Assembly (NCBI GenBank): GCA_963662285.2
Contig: CAXXMV010000002.1
Span: forward strand, 416,001-480,000
Origin: a bacterium
Lineage (GTDB): Bacteria; Hinthialibacterota; Hinthialibacteria; Hinthialibacterales; Hinthialibacteraceae
Length of the DNA: 64,000 nt
Direction of reading: 5' to 3'
Positions 7,863-15,826 of this stretch are shown here, piece by piece (positions within the stretch are counted from its first letter, which is position 1; each line of letters begins with the position of its first letter). The position numbers were made by a program, and so were the translations under genes. The notes beneath the pieces were generated by a model. That model was given only the letters and a program-made list of their open reading frames with translations. It did not search any database and was not told the DNA's origin.

Positions 7863-10800
7863 ATGCGTTATTTGTTGTCGACCGGGATCAATGTTCTAAT
7901 TCTTTGCGCTTCAATATGCGCATTTGCGGATGTAGAAAATGCTGTTTTAGGCGGAATTGGAACAGGGAAAATCGAAATTCAGTCAAATGGAAGATTGGCC
8001 AATATCACTATTAACCATAACCAGTTAAAACCCATAAACGATGAGAATGGTTGTTTTGCTGCAATCGCGGTTAAAAGTGGAAAAGAGTCTATTGTCAAGC
8101 AATTATACGTGAACGATGATGATTCAAATTGCATTGATGAGGTTAGCCTAAAAGGTGAATTTCCTTTCGCGCGGATTGATTATAAAGATCAACAACTTCC
8201 GGTTTCAGTTTCTCTAAGAACTTTTAATTCTGTCCTTCCCGGCAACCTGGATGATTCATGTTATCCGGCTATAGCATTCAAATTTTCGGTGCAGAATCCA
8301 GATAAACGTCAACATGAGGTTTCGTTGGCCATGTCATGGCGCAACCTGATTGGATTAGGCGGAACAACTCAAGAGACTATCGATCTTGCGGGGAAAATGA
8401 AGCACCATATATATAGCGGCAGCCGTATGTCGGGCGTCCAGTATCAATTCGAACCAGCTGCGGTGGAGGGATTCGCCCAAAATACTCTGGGAGAACATGC
8501 GCTGGTTTATCAGTCAAGTAATAAAGAAAAAGCATCAATCCTTCCTATCTGGCATCCTGAATCCGACCCTACGGCTTTTTGGTTGTTCCTTAATGATGCG
8601 GATAAAGTGAAGAAAACCAAAGACGCCGCGTTCGATTATGCTGGCGCCGGTTTTAATCGACCCGCAGCAGCTGTTGCATCGACTCAGTCAATTCCTCCCG
8701 GCGAGTCGCGGGATTTTGTGTTTATCCTTGGCTGGTATATGCCCCATCAGGTTAGTCTTGATGGCGTAGATCATGGCGTATATTACGCTTCGCAGTGGAA
8801 ATCGCTTGATAAGGTTATCGGCGTTTTTGGTAAGTATTGGCCTGAACTTGCGGATCAAGCGCAGGCGTGGCGTGATAGTTATCTCAATTCTTCGCTGCCC
8901 GGCTGGTTGGTAAACCGTATGCTGAACGGTATGGCGGCGCTGTCGTGGGATGGACTGTATCTCAATGATGGCCGTTTCTCGTTATTAACTCGCGATCCTC
9001 AATATCCGGGGAATCTTGGTTCGCCGGAAGAGCGCCTGGTTGATTCGCTTTTTATGTTGCAATGTTACCCGGAATTACTACGTTCTGAATTGCGCCTTAT
9101 GGCCAATTGTCAATTGGCGGATGGCGAAGTTCCATCGGCCGTTGGTAATTTGTATGGTCTTGTCGAGAATGGCAATATATCAGGCGGTTTTATCGGCAGA
9201 CCGGATTCAACATCTGCTTTCGTCTTGTTGGTTTATCAATACTTTCTTTGGACGGGAGACCGTGAATTTCTGGATGATATGCATCAACATGCGCGTTATG
9301 CTTTGCGTTGGCTGATGTATCGCGATGCTAACCAGGATTCCGTTCCTGATGGGGCGTCGCTATGGCGGTGGGGGAAAGATGGCGTGACATCATTGTTTTC
9401 CGGGAATCTGGCGCTTGCGGCATTTCGGGTTGGAGAAGAATTAGAACAGATATACGGCGATCTGGAGTTCCAGAACTGGTGTAGGAAGCATGGTGAAATA
9501 ATCAGTCGTAATCTGAACAGTCAGTTGTGGAATGGATACGCCTATAACGCATTTTTTGATCCTGCCCGTCCAAGCGCATTGGATAGCGGTAATAGCATCC
9601 CTGGTCTTCTGTGCGGCGAATGGTATGCATCGCAGCAGGGATGGGACAAGTTGTTTCCAGCGGATCGAGTATTCCGGATGACGCAGACTTTGGCCAACCG
9701 CATTAATGCGGTGGATAGCAATGCCGGTTCATTTGTTTTTGGACCATTGGCTGAACCGGGCTGGCGCTATGGATTCGCCGCGGCGTCTACCGGATCGCTG
9801 TTAGTGCGTAACGGTTTTTACGATTCAGCATTTCGCTTGCTTCAGATGAAATCAAACACTCCAGAATTATTTTCTCAAAAAGATACTGGACTATGGTCGG
9901 TTACTGCTTCTTTGCAAGGCTTGAGCGTTGATATGCATCGTCACTGTCTGATTGTAGGTCCAAGCCTTCCCGCAGCGTCGCAATCATTCGCCGCTCCCTT
10001 CTCAACCCCGCTCTATTCCGGCGAACTGCGTTATAGCCGTTCATCGCTGTCCGGGCAGATGCAATGTGAAATTGAATTTGATCGCGTCCCCGACAAGAAA
10101 GAGTTCAACCTGCAGCAAATTGCTTTTGCTTTACCTGGGAACGTTGATGCCAACCAGATGATATTGCTGGTTCACCACAATGGAAAATCATTGGTCGGAC
10201 AGGATTTCTCCCGTGAATCATTGCGCGTGTTCGGTTTTCAGCCGGTGCTGCGAGTGAAAAAAGGCGATGTCCTCTCACTATTATTGAGTCCGAAAGACGG
10301 CCCCCGGTTGTTGGTCGATGTACAGACGCGTGATATTAAGAATTATGGAATTAAATGCCGCATTGAAAAAAACGTTCTGGCGCTGCCGGGCGTTTCGTTT
10401 TATATGACCAATCTTATTCAAGAGCGACAACTTGTCTCCGTCGAACTTGCTAATCCAGCCGACAATAAACAATATGCAGTTTTCATCAATGGCCAGCAAC
10501 GCCCGTTTGCGGTTCCTTCCGCTGATCCGATCCCGATGCTTCTGCCTTTGAGCCTTGTCTCGGCTGAAGAGAGTTCCGTCCTAAGTATGGCGGCTAAAGG
10601 GTGTCAGGAAACTGTGGTGAAGATATCCGACATTTCTGGAGTGGAAAAGTTAAAGAATAAACTTTGGATTCTTCAGGAAGAAGTCAACCGGCTGGTTCAG
10701 CAGGATATAATCCAGCGCGGAGTCAGGATAGACGTTATTCCCACAGATGTTGTCGAACAACTTAAATTCCCCGAACTGGATGAAACAGGAGATTCGTTGA

Positions 10801-11732
10801 ATGAAGATATCGAACGTTTCAACCAAGTGAGGACGGAATACATGGAATTTATTCAGGGATTGGGGCTTGATCCGGTTCTGGCTTCTGAACTGACGGGGTA
10901 TTTCGTTCCAGTGGATATCGCTGTATCAGCTAGTGAAATTATTTCCGGCAGCCAGACTTTTGCAGTGAATGTTCGTATGAACAATCCACAGAAGTCTCCC
11001 ATACGGGCGCGGGTGAATTTAGACATTCCTGAGGGTTGGAGTTCAGTGGCGCATGGCGATATCGAGTTTGATGACCGTACAAATGCTCAAACAGAAAGAG
11101 GCTTTCTCTTCTCGGTTGATTCTTCAGTTGGATTGTGGAAGAAACGGTATACCTTTGACGTCGTTTTCAGCGGCGCCTGGAAAGGATATCCCTTCCGTAG
11201 GGTCGTCCCGGTTTCCATCGGGCATGATTTTATTAAACGCTGGCTGATTGTCGGGCCGTTTGCAAATGCCAGGGGCGAGGGATTTGGTAATATTAAGCCT
11301 CCGGAGCATAACATTCAGACTAAAGAGACTTACTCCGGTTTAGGCGGCGAAGTCGGTTGGACGGAACATGAATTCGCTGATGGTTACGTAAACTTCGACT
11401 CAGTGCTTCAACCAAATGATAATGCTACGGCTTATGCATACACCAGTATATATTCGCCGCGTGAACAGGTAGTCAATTTCAGGATTGGCTGCAATGGAGA
11501 CTTGAAACTCTTTATGAATTATCAACCTGTATACGCCAAGCGGAATATCGGGCGCCTCAAACCGGGAGGCGTGATTATACCGCACCGCATTTATCAAGGA
11601 TGGAACCATGTAGTGGTCAAAGTCAGTGAACAGGTCGGTCCGTGGGGATTCTATTTTGAACTATATGATCCACAGGGCAATCCACTGGATGGCGTTCAAT
11701 ATGCATTGGACAAAGCGGATAGTGATGGGTAG
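7863..11732 (+). CDS. Large secreted GH116 (GBA2)-like protein with C-terminal Ig-like and beta-sandwich domains; catalytic residues appear altered
   Basis: Signal peptide; LGGIGTGKIEI, GEFPFARIDY, DSCYPAIAF, SLPGWL, LWNGYAY, L.GEWYA; C-terminal WLIVGPF...AYAYTSIYSP...GWNHVVVKV domain. Confidence 0.75.
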   Translation: MRYLLSTGINVLILCASICAFADVENAVLGGIGTGKIEIQSNGRLANITINHNQLKPINDENGCFAAIAVKSGKESIVKQLYVNDDDSNCIDEVSLKGEFPFARIDYKDQQLPVSVSLRTFNSVLPGNLDDSCYPAIAFKFSVQNPDKRQHEVSLAMSWRNLIGLGGTTQETIDLAGKMKHHIYSGSRMSGVQYQFEPAAVEGFAQNTLGEHALVYQSSNKEKASILPIWHPESDPTAFWLFLNDADKVKKTKDAAFDYAGAGFNRPAAAVASTQSIPPGESRDFVFILGWYMPHQVSLDGVDHGVYYASQWKSLDKVIGVFGKYWPELADQAQAWRDSYLNSSLPGWLVNRMLNGMAALSWDGLYLNDGRFSLLTRDPQYPGNLGSPEERLVDSLFMLQCYPELLRSELRLMANCQLADGEVPSAVGNLYGLVENGNISGGFIGRPDSTSAFVLLVYQYFLWTGDREFLDDMHQHARYALRWLMYRDANQDSVPDGASLWRWGKDGVTSLFSGNLALAAFRVGEELEQIYGDLEFQNWCRKHGEIISRNLNSQLWNGYAYNAFFDPARPSALDSGNSIPGLLCGEWYASQQGWDKLFPADRVFRMTQTLANRINAVDSNAGSFVFGPLAEPGWRYGFAAASTGSLLVRNGFYDSAFRLLQMKSNTPELFSQKDTGLWSVTASLQGLSVDMHRHCLIVGPSLPAASQSFAAPFSTPLYSGELRYSRSSLSGQMQCEIEFDRVPDKKEFNLQQIAFALPGNVDANQMILLVHHNGKSLVGQDFSRESLRVFGFQPVLRVKKGDVLSLLLSPKDGPRLLVDVQTRDIKNYGIKCRIEKNVLALPGVSFYMTNLIQERQLVSVELANPADNKQYAVFINGQQRPFAVPSADPIPMLLPLSLVSAEESSVLSMAAKGCQETVVKISDISGVEKLKNKLWILQEEVNRLVQQDIIQRGVRIDVIPTDVVEQLKFPELDETGDSLNEDIERFNQVRTEYMEFIQGLGLDPVLASELTGYFVPVDIAVSASEIISGSQTFAVNVRMNNPQKSPIRARVNLDIPEGWSSVAHGDIEFDDRTNAQTERGFLFSVDSSVGLWKKRYTFDVVFSGAWKGYPFRRVVPVSIGHDFIKRWLIVGPFANARGEGFGNIKPPEHNIQTKETYSGLGGEVGWTEHEFADGYVNFDSVLQPNDNATAYAYTSIYSPREQVVNFRIGCNGDLKLFMNYQPVYAKRNIGRLKPGGVIIPHRIYQGWNHVVVKVSEQVGPWGFYFELYDPQGNPLDGVQYALDKADSDG

Positions 11733-11734
11733 GA

Positions 11735-13222
11735 TTATTCACCCTCAACATTAAGTGATGGCCGACGTAAAAACCCGAAAGCTATTGTTATGGTTGCCAG
11801 GATTAATAAAACTGCCGAGATGGGGCGGCTTAAAAACATCAGGCTGTTGGCATCTGGCAACAATAACGCCTGACGCAAGTTCCGTTCGGCCATTGGGCCA
11901 AGGATCATGGCTAACACGACTGGCGAGGCCGGGAATCCATAGCGCTTCATGCCATAACCCACAGCGCCCATGGCGATAGCCACCCATACATCGAACATAC
12001 TGAATTGCAGCGCATAGGCGCCGATTACGCTGAGTACGCAAATGATGGGTAATAGTACGCGTTTATCGACCAGGATGATGCGGGCGATCACCCGCACGGA
12101 TAACAGTCCGATGGTCAGCATGGCGATATTGGCCAGCATCATGGCGCCGAAGATCGGATAAACCACTTCGGGATGCTCTTGAAACAACATGGGGCCGGGT
12201 TGCAAGCCCTGTACTACCAACGCGCTGAGCATGACGGCGGTTACTGCATCACCGGGAACGCCCAGGGTCAACATAGGGATCATGGCGCCGCCAGTGGCGC
12301 CGTTATTGGCCGCTTCGGCGGCGATTATGCCTTTGGGTTCTCCCTGTCCGAATCTTTCTGGATGTTTATCTATGCGTTTGGCTTCGTTGTAACTTACGAA
12401 TGCCGCGATATCGCAGCCCGCGCCGGGCAGGCTTCCGATAAAGGTTCCGATTAATCCAGAGCGCAGCAGAGTGAATTTATATTCCTTAAACTCCTGCCAT
12501 GACGGAAGCGAGAAGCGGGGGCTTTCGGTTTTACCTTCTCTACTCCATCCCTGCGATATTTCATAAAAAACCTGGGCGAAGGCGAAGAGTCCGATTAATA
12601 CTGGAATGAAACCTAATCCATCATATAAATTCGGTTGACCAAAACTGAAACGTGGAATCCCCGCAATTGGATCAAGACCAATTGTGGCGATCAACAATCC
12701 AAAGAAACCTGATAGTACTCCCTTTAGAATATCCTTACTGGATATAGTTACGATCATGCTCAAGCCGAATATGGCCAGGGCGAAATATTCTGGATAACTG
12801 AACCTAAGCGCAAAGCTCGATAGCAGCGGGCTGAACAGAGTAAGCGTAATAGCGCTGATCATTCCTCCGGTGAAGCTAGCGCATGCGGCCAGGGCGATAG
12901 CGTGCCCCGCCTCTCCCCGTTGGGTCATGGGGAAGCCGTCGAGCACGGTTGCGGCGGCGGCTGGAGTGCCTGGCGTGCAGATCAGAATAGCGGCGATTGA
13001 ACCGCCATAGATAGCGCCAACGTAGATGCCGATCAGCATGGCCATGCTCGATTGGGCGTCCAATCCCAGGCTTAGGGTGAACGGTAGCAGCAGCGTCACG
13101 CCCATAGTTGCGGTTAGCCCCGGCAAGGCGCCGAACAGGATGCCTAGCGCAACGCCCGAAAAAACCAGACATAGCATGGATGGACTGAAAGCAAGTAGAA
13201 AATTGGAAATTATTGAATCCAT
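11735..13222 (-). CDS. tctA: Tripartite tricarboxylate transporter large permease
   Basis: GALPGL, YVGAIYGGSIAAILICTPGTPAAAAT, EAANNG, LGVPGD, GLQPGP; start ATG 13222 coupled to the tctB stop. Confidence 0.95.
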   Translation of the reverse strand: MDSIISNFLLAFSPSMLCLVFSGVALGILFGALPGLTATMGVTLLLPFTLSLGLDAQSSMAMLIGIYVGAIYGGSIAAILICTPGTPAAAATVLDGFPMTQRGEAGHAIALAACASFTGGMISAITLTLFSPLLSSFALRFSYPEYFALAIFGLSMIVTISSKDILKGVLSGFFGLLIATIGLDPIAGIPRFSFGQPNLYDGLGFIPVLIGLFAFAQVFYEISQGWSREGKTESPRFSLPSWQEFKEYKFTLLRSGLIGTFIGSLPGAGCDIAAFVSYNEAKRIDKHPERFGQGEPKGIIAAEAANNGATGGAMIPMLTLGVPGDAVTAVMLSALVVQGLQPGPMLFQEHPEVVYPIFGAMMLANIAMLTIGLLSVRVIARIILVDKRVLLPIICVLSVIGAYALQFSMFDVWVAIAMGAVGYGMKRYGFPASPVVLAMILGPMAERNLRQALLLPDANSLMFLSRPISAVLLILATITIAFGFLRRPSLNVEGE

Positions 13223-13734
13223 TATGAACCGAACCACCCCGGTAAAGGAACGTTTAATATGCGTTGGAATACGAAATATAATGCGAAGGTAACGCTGATA
13301 GTCCACACTGCAATGCGCAATGGTCTGCGTTCGCCAAGCATTACAATGGTGACGGATAGAAATAGCAGAGTGGCTGCAATATAACCAAGAACGGGTATGC
13401 CTGCTGCGTACAATGCCAGCGTTATAAATGTTATTAGCGCTAAACGCTTGTTTTTTTGTCCGGCGATATGTGCTTCGCTGGATGTATGATGCCGCCATTT
13501 AATACTTATACCGCGCACTATGAGAATTATGCTCAATGGCCCCATGAAGCATGATAGCAAGCGGGGGTAAAATTGCGGCCCGAAGTTTAACTCTTCCCGC
13601 GCAAAGGCGCCGCTGCTGATATAGGCGGTCAGAGCCATAGTCAGCAGTAATGCTCCGATAATAATATCCGCCCAGGGTTGAACTATGTCTTGATCAGTGT
13701 TTGGTTTTATTGGTTGATTATTAATTGTATTCAT
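13222..13734 (-). CDS. tctB: Tripartite tricarboxylate transporter small permease
   Basis: GPQFYPR, LGYIAAT, YFVFQRILNVPLPG; 4-5 TM segments. Confidence 0.85.
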   Translation of the reverse strand: MNTINNQPIKPNTDQDIVQPWADIIIGALLLTMALTAYISSGAFAREELNFGPQFYPRLLSCFMGPLSIILIVRGISIKWRHHTSSEAHIAGQKNKRLALITFITLALYAAGIPVLGYIAATLLFLSVTIVMLGERRPLRIAVWTISVTFALYFVFQRILNVPLPGWFGS

Positions 13735-13744
13735 ACCATTGGTA

Positions 13745-14704
13745 TTACAAATCGAGTCCTTCAATCAGTTCAGCTATTGATTGAGACTCGCTGCGCAGGA
13801 AGGCTGCGAAATCTTCTGAATTCCGGTAATGCAGTCCAAGCATCATTTTCTGCGCCGTCTCTTGGAATGCTGGAGCATCAAAGGCTTTCTTGAATCCTTC
13901 TTCTAACTGATTAACGATAGGCTCTGGAGTGTCTTTGGGAACCGCCAGCCCCCGCCAGGTGGCATGTACTAAATCAAGGCCTAGTTCTTTGAAAGTGGGG
14001 ACATTAGCAAGATTGGCGAATCGCTCGTCTGACATAACTGCTAAACAGCGCAAGTCGCCGGATTGCACGAATTGTAAAACTTCCGCCGGGCTGACCGCTA
14101 CGGCGCTTAAATGCCCGCCTGCTAATTGAGTGACTGCCGGGCTGGCGCCTTCATGTGGGATATGAGTGAATTTCGTCCCGGTTAGTTTTTCCAGTTTTAC
14201 GGCGCCCAGATGCCAGACTGCCCCAGGTCCGGAATTGCCGATGGTGATCTGTTTAGGATGCGCTTTGGCGTATTTCAAGAAATCATCCAACGTTTTCCAT
14301 TCAGAATCAGCTTTAATGGTTATGGCCGCCGGGTCCTGGTTTAATTGCATGAGCGCTTTGAAATCCGTGTCATCTATTGGAGCTCTTCCCAGTGGTTTGT
14401 AAGAACAAAGTTCATAAGTGATCATGGTTACGGTGTAACCGTCAGGCCGGGCTTTCATGCCGTAGGTATGACCTACGGTACCAGAGCCGCCAGTTCGGTT
14501 TATTACATTGACGGCGACGCCGAAAACTTTTGATGCTTCCTGGGCTAGAGAACGGGCTAAAGCGTCGGTGCCCCCCCCGGCTTTCCAGGGCACGACGATA
14601 TTTATAGATTTAGACGGGAATGTGGCATCCGTTGGAGCGCAGGCGGCAAATGTTATCGCTATCGATAAAGAGATCAGGACGAGTCGAAATATGTATTTGT
14701 TCAT
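13745..14704 (-). CDS. tctC: Tripartite tricarboxylate transporter substrate-binding protein (Bug family), likely lipoprotein
   Basis: VVPWKAGGGTD, NRTGGSG, PDGYT, VPTFKELG, WRGLAVPKDTP; FAAC lipobox-like. Confidence 0.92.
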   Translation of the reverse strand: MNKYIFRLVLISLSIAITFAACAPTDATFPSKSINIVVPWKAGGGTDALARSLAQEASKVFGVAVNVINRTGGSGTVGHTYGMKARPDGYTVTMITYELCSYKPLGRAPIDDTDFKALMQLNQDPAAITIKADSEWKTLDDFLKYAKAHPKQITIGNSGPGAVWHLGAVKLEKLTGTKFTHIPHEGASPAVTQLAGGHLSAVAVSPAEVLQFVQSGDLRCLAVMSDERFANLANVPTFKELGLDLVHATWRGLAVPKDTPEPIVNQLEEGFKKAFDAPAFQETAQKMMLGLHYRNSEDFAAFLRSESQSIAELIEGLDL

Positions 14705-14957
14705 GGTTATTCCTTCCCGGATGAAGGTCGTTTATTAACGGCTTCTCTACTATACCAGAGGTTTAGCAAGGAGCAAGATGGTTTGATATAATACAAAATA
14801 TTGCTTCTGCCTCTAGACACCAAACCTTTTATTTGGCTATATGATGATAAGGGTGGTTTTCTGTGAAATCTGGGTATTTAATTACCTTAGGTGAGCAGAT
14901 TAATATTAATCACTCCAGGCGGATTATTCCGTCAACAAAATCTTAAACATATGGAGA

Positions 14958-15707
14958 ATGAAGATGAAAAGATTCGTAACAATCGCAATGATTTTCGCGA
15001 TTCCTCTAGTGTTGGTTGCGTCGCCTGCCATGGCGCAGAAATACAATCCTGCAATCAATCCACCTGCAAAACCATTTAATACCCTCACAGATCAAGAAAA
15101 AGCGGATGGATGGGAACTATTATTTGATGGCAAGACGCTTAAAGGTTGGGAAAGAGACGAGAATTTCCCCGGCGAATGGAGCGTTACCAGCGACGGCATC
15201 ATTTTTAGCGCCAAGGGAGCGACTCACCTGTTCAGCGCTAAAAAGTACAAAGATATTGATTTGTCCTGGGATGTATGCGCTTATGACGTCGGCGTGCCTG
15301 ATGTAGATGCACCTATGGCCAGCCCGCGCATGGGCAACTCAGGCGTTTTCGTCCGCGGGATCAAATCCGGCGGTTCATTCCCCCAAGGTTATGAAGTCCA
15401 GGTTGATCCTTATGATATCAAAAATCCAACCGGCGGCGTCTATGGCAAAAATCCTGGCACCCTTTTGGTTACTGAAGATGGCAAATGGAAACCAGAAGCT
15501 TTCTTCCAGATTCACGAAGGTAAATGGATGCATCAACGCGTGCGCATCGAAGGCAATCGTTTGCAGATCTGGGTTAATGGCGAAAAAACCATGGATTGGA
15601 CCGATCCAGATAAATCATTCCCCGAAGCCGGTTATATCGCCCTGCAAAATCACCACAAAACAGATGTAGTTCTTTTCACGAACATCAAAATTAAGGTGTT
15701 GGACTGA
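14958..15707 (+). CDS. DUF1080 / 3-keto-disaccharide hydrolase family, secreted
   Basis: Signal peptide AMA-Q; GWELLFDGKTLKGW, GNSGVFVR, GYEVQV, GYIALQNH. Confidence 0.9.
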   Translation: MKMKRFVTIAMIFAIPLVLVASPAMAQKYNPAINPPAKPFNTLTDQEKADGWELLFDGKTLKGWERDENFPGEWSVTSDGIIFSAKGATHLFSAKKYKDIDLSWDVCAYDVGVPDVDAPMASPRMGNSGVFVRGIKSGGSFPQGYEVQVDPYDIKNPTGGVYGKNPGTLLVTEDGKWKPEAFFQIHEGKWMHQRVRIEGNRLQIWVNGEKTMDWTDPDKSFPEAGYIALQNHHKTDVVLFTNIKIKVLD

Positions 15708-15763
15708 TATTAACTTGATTATGATTGGCTGCATGTTCAATCATAAATCATACTGAATATGTT

Positions 15764-15795
15764 AAAGAGGCGGGATTCTTCGATCCCGCCTCTTT
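15764..15795. terminator. Bidirectional intrinsic terminator
   Basis: AAAGAGGCGGGAT-TCTTCG-ATCCCGCCTCTTT perfect 13-bp stem between convergent genes. Confidence 0.85.
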
Positions 15796-15826
15796 CTGTA
15801 TCTTAATACCATTTTGAATGAATCGG

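Noticed and set aside
13223-13498. N-terminal extension of tctA in the track
   Set aside because: It overlaps tctB; the coupled ATG at 13222 is the plausible start.
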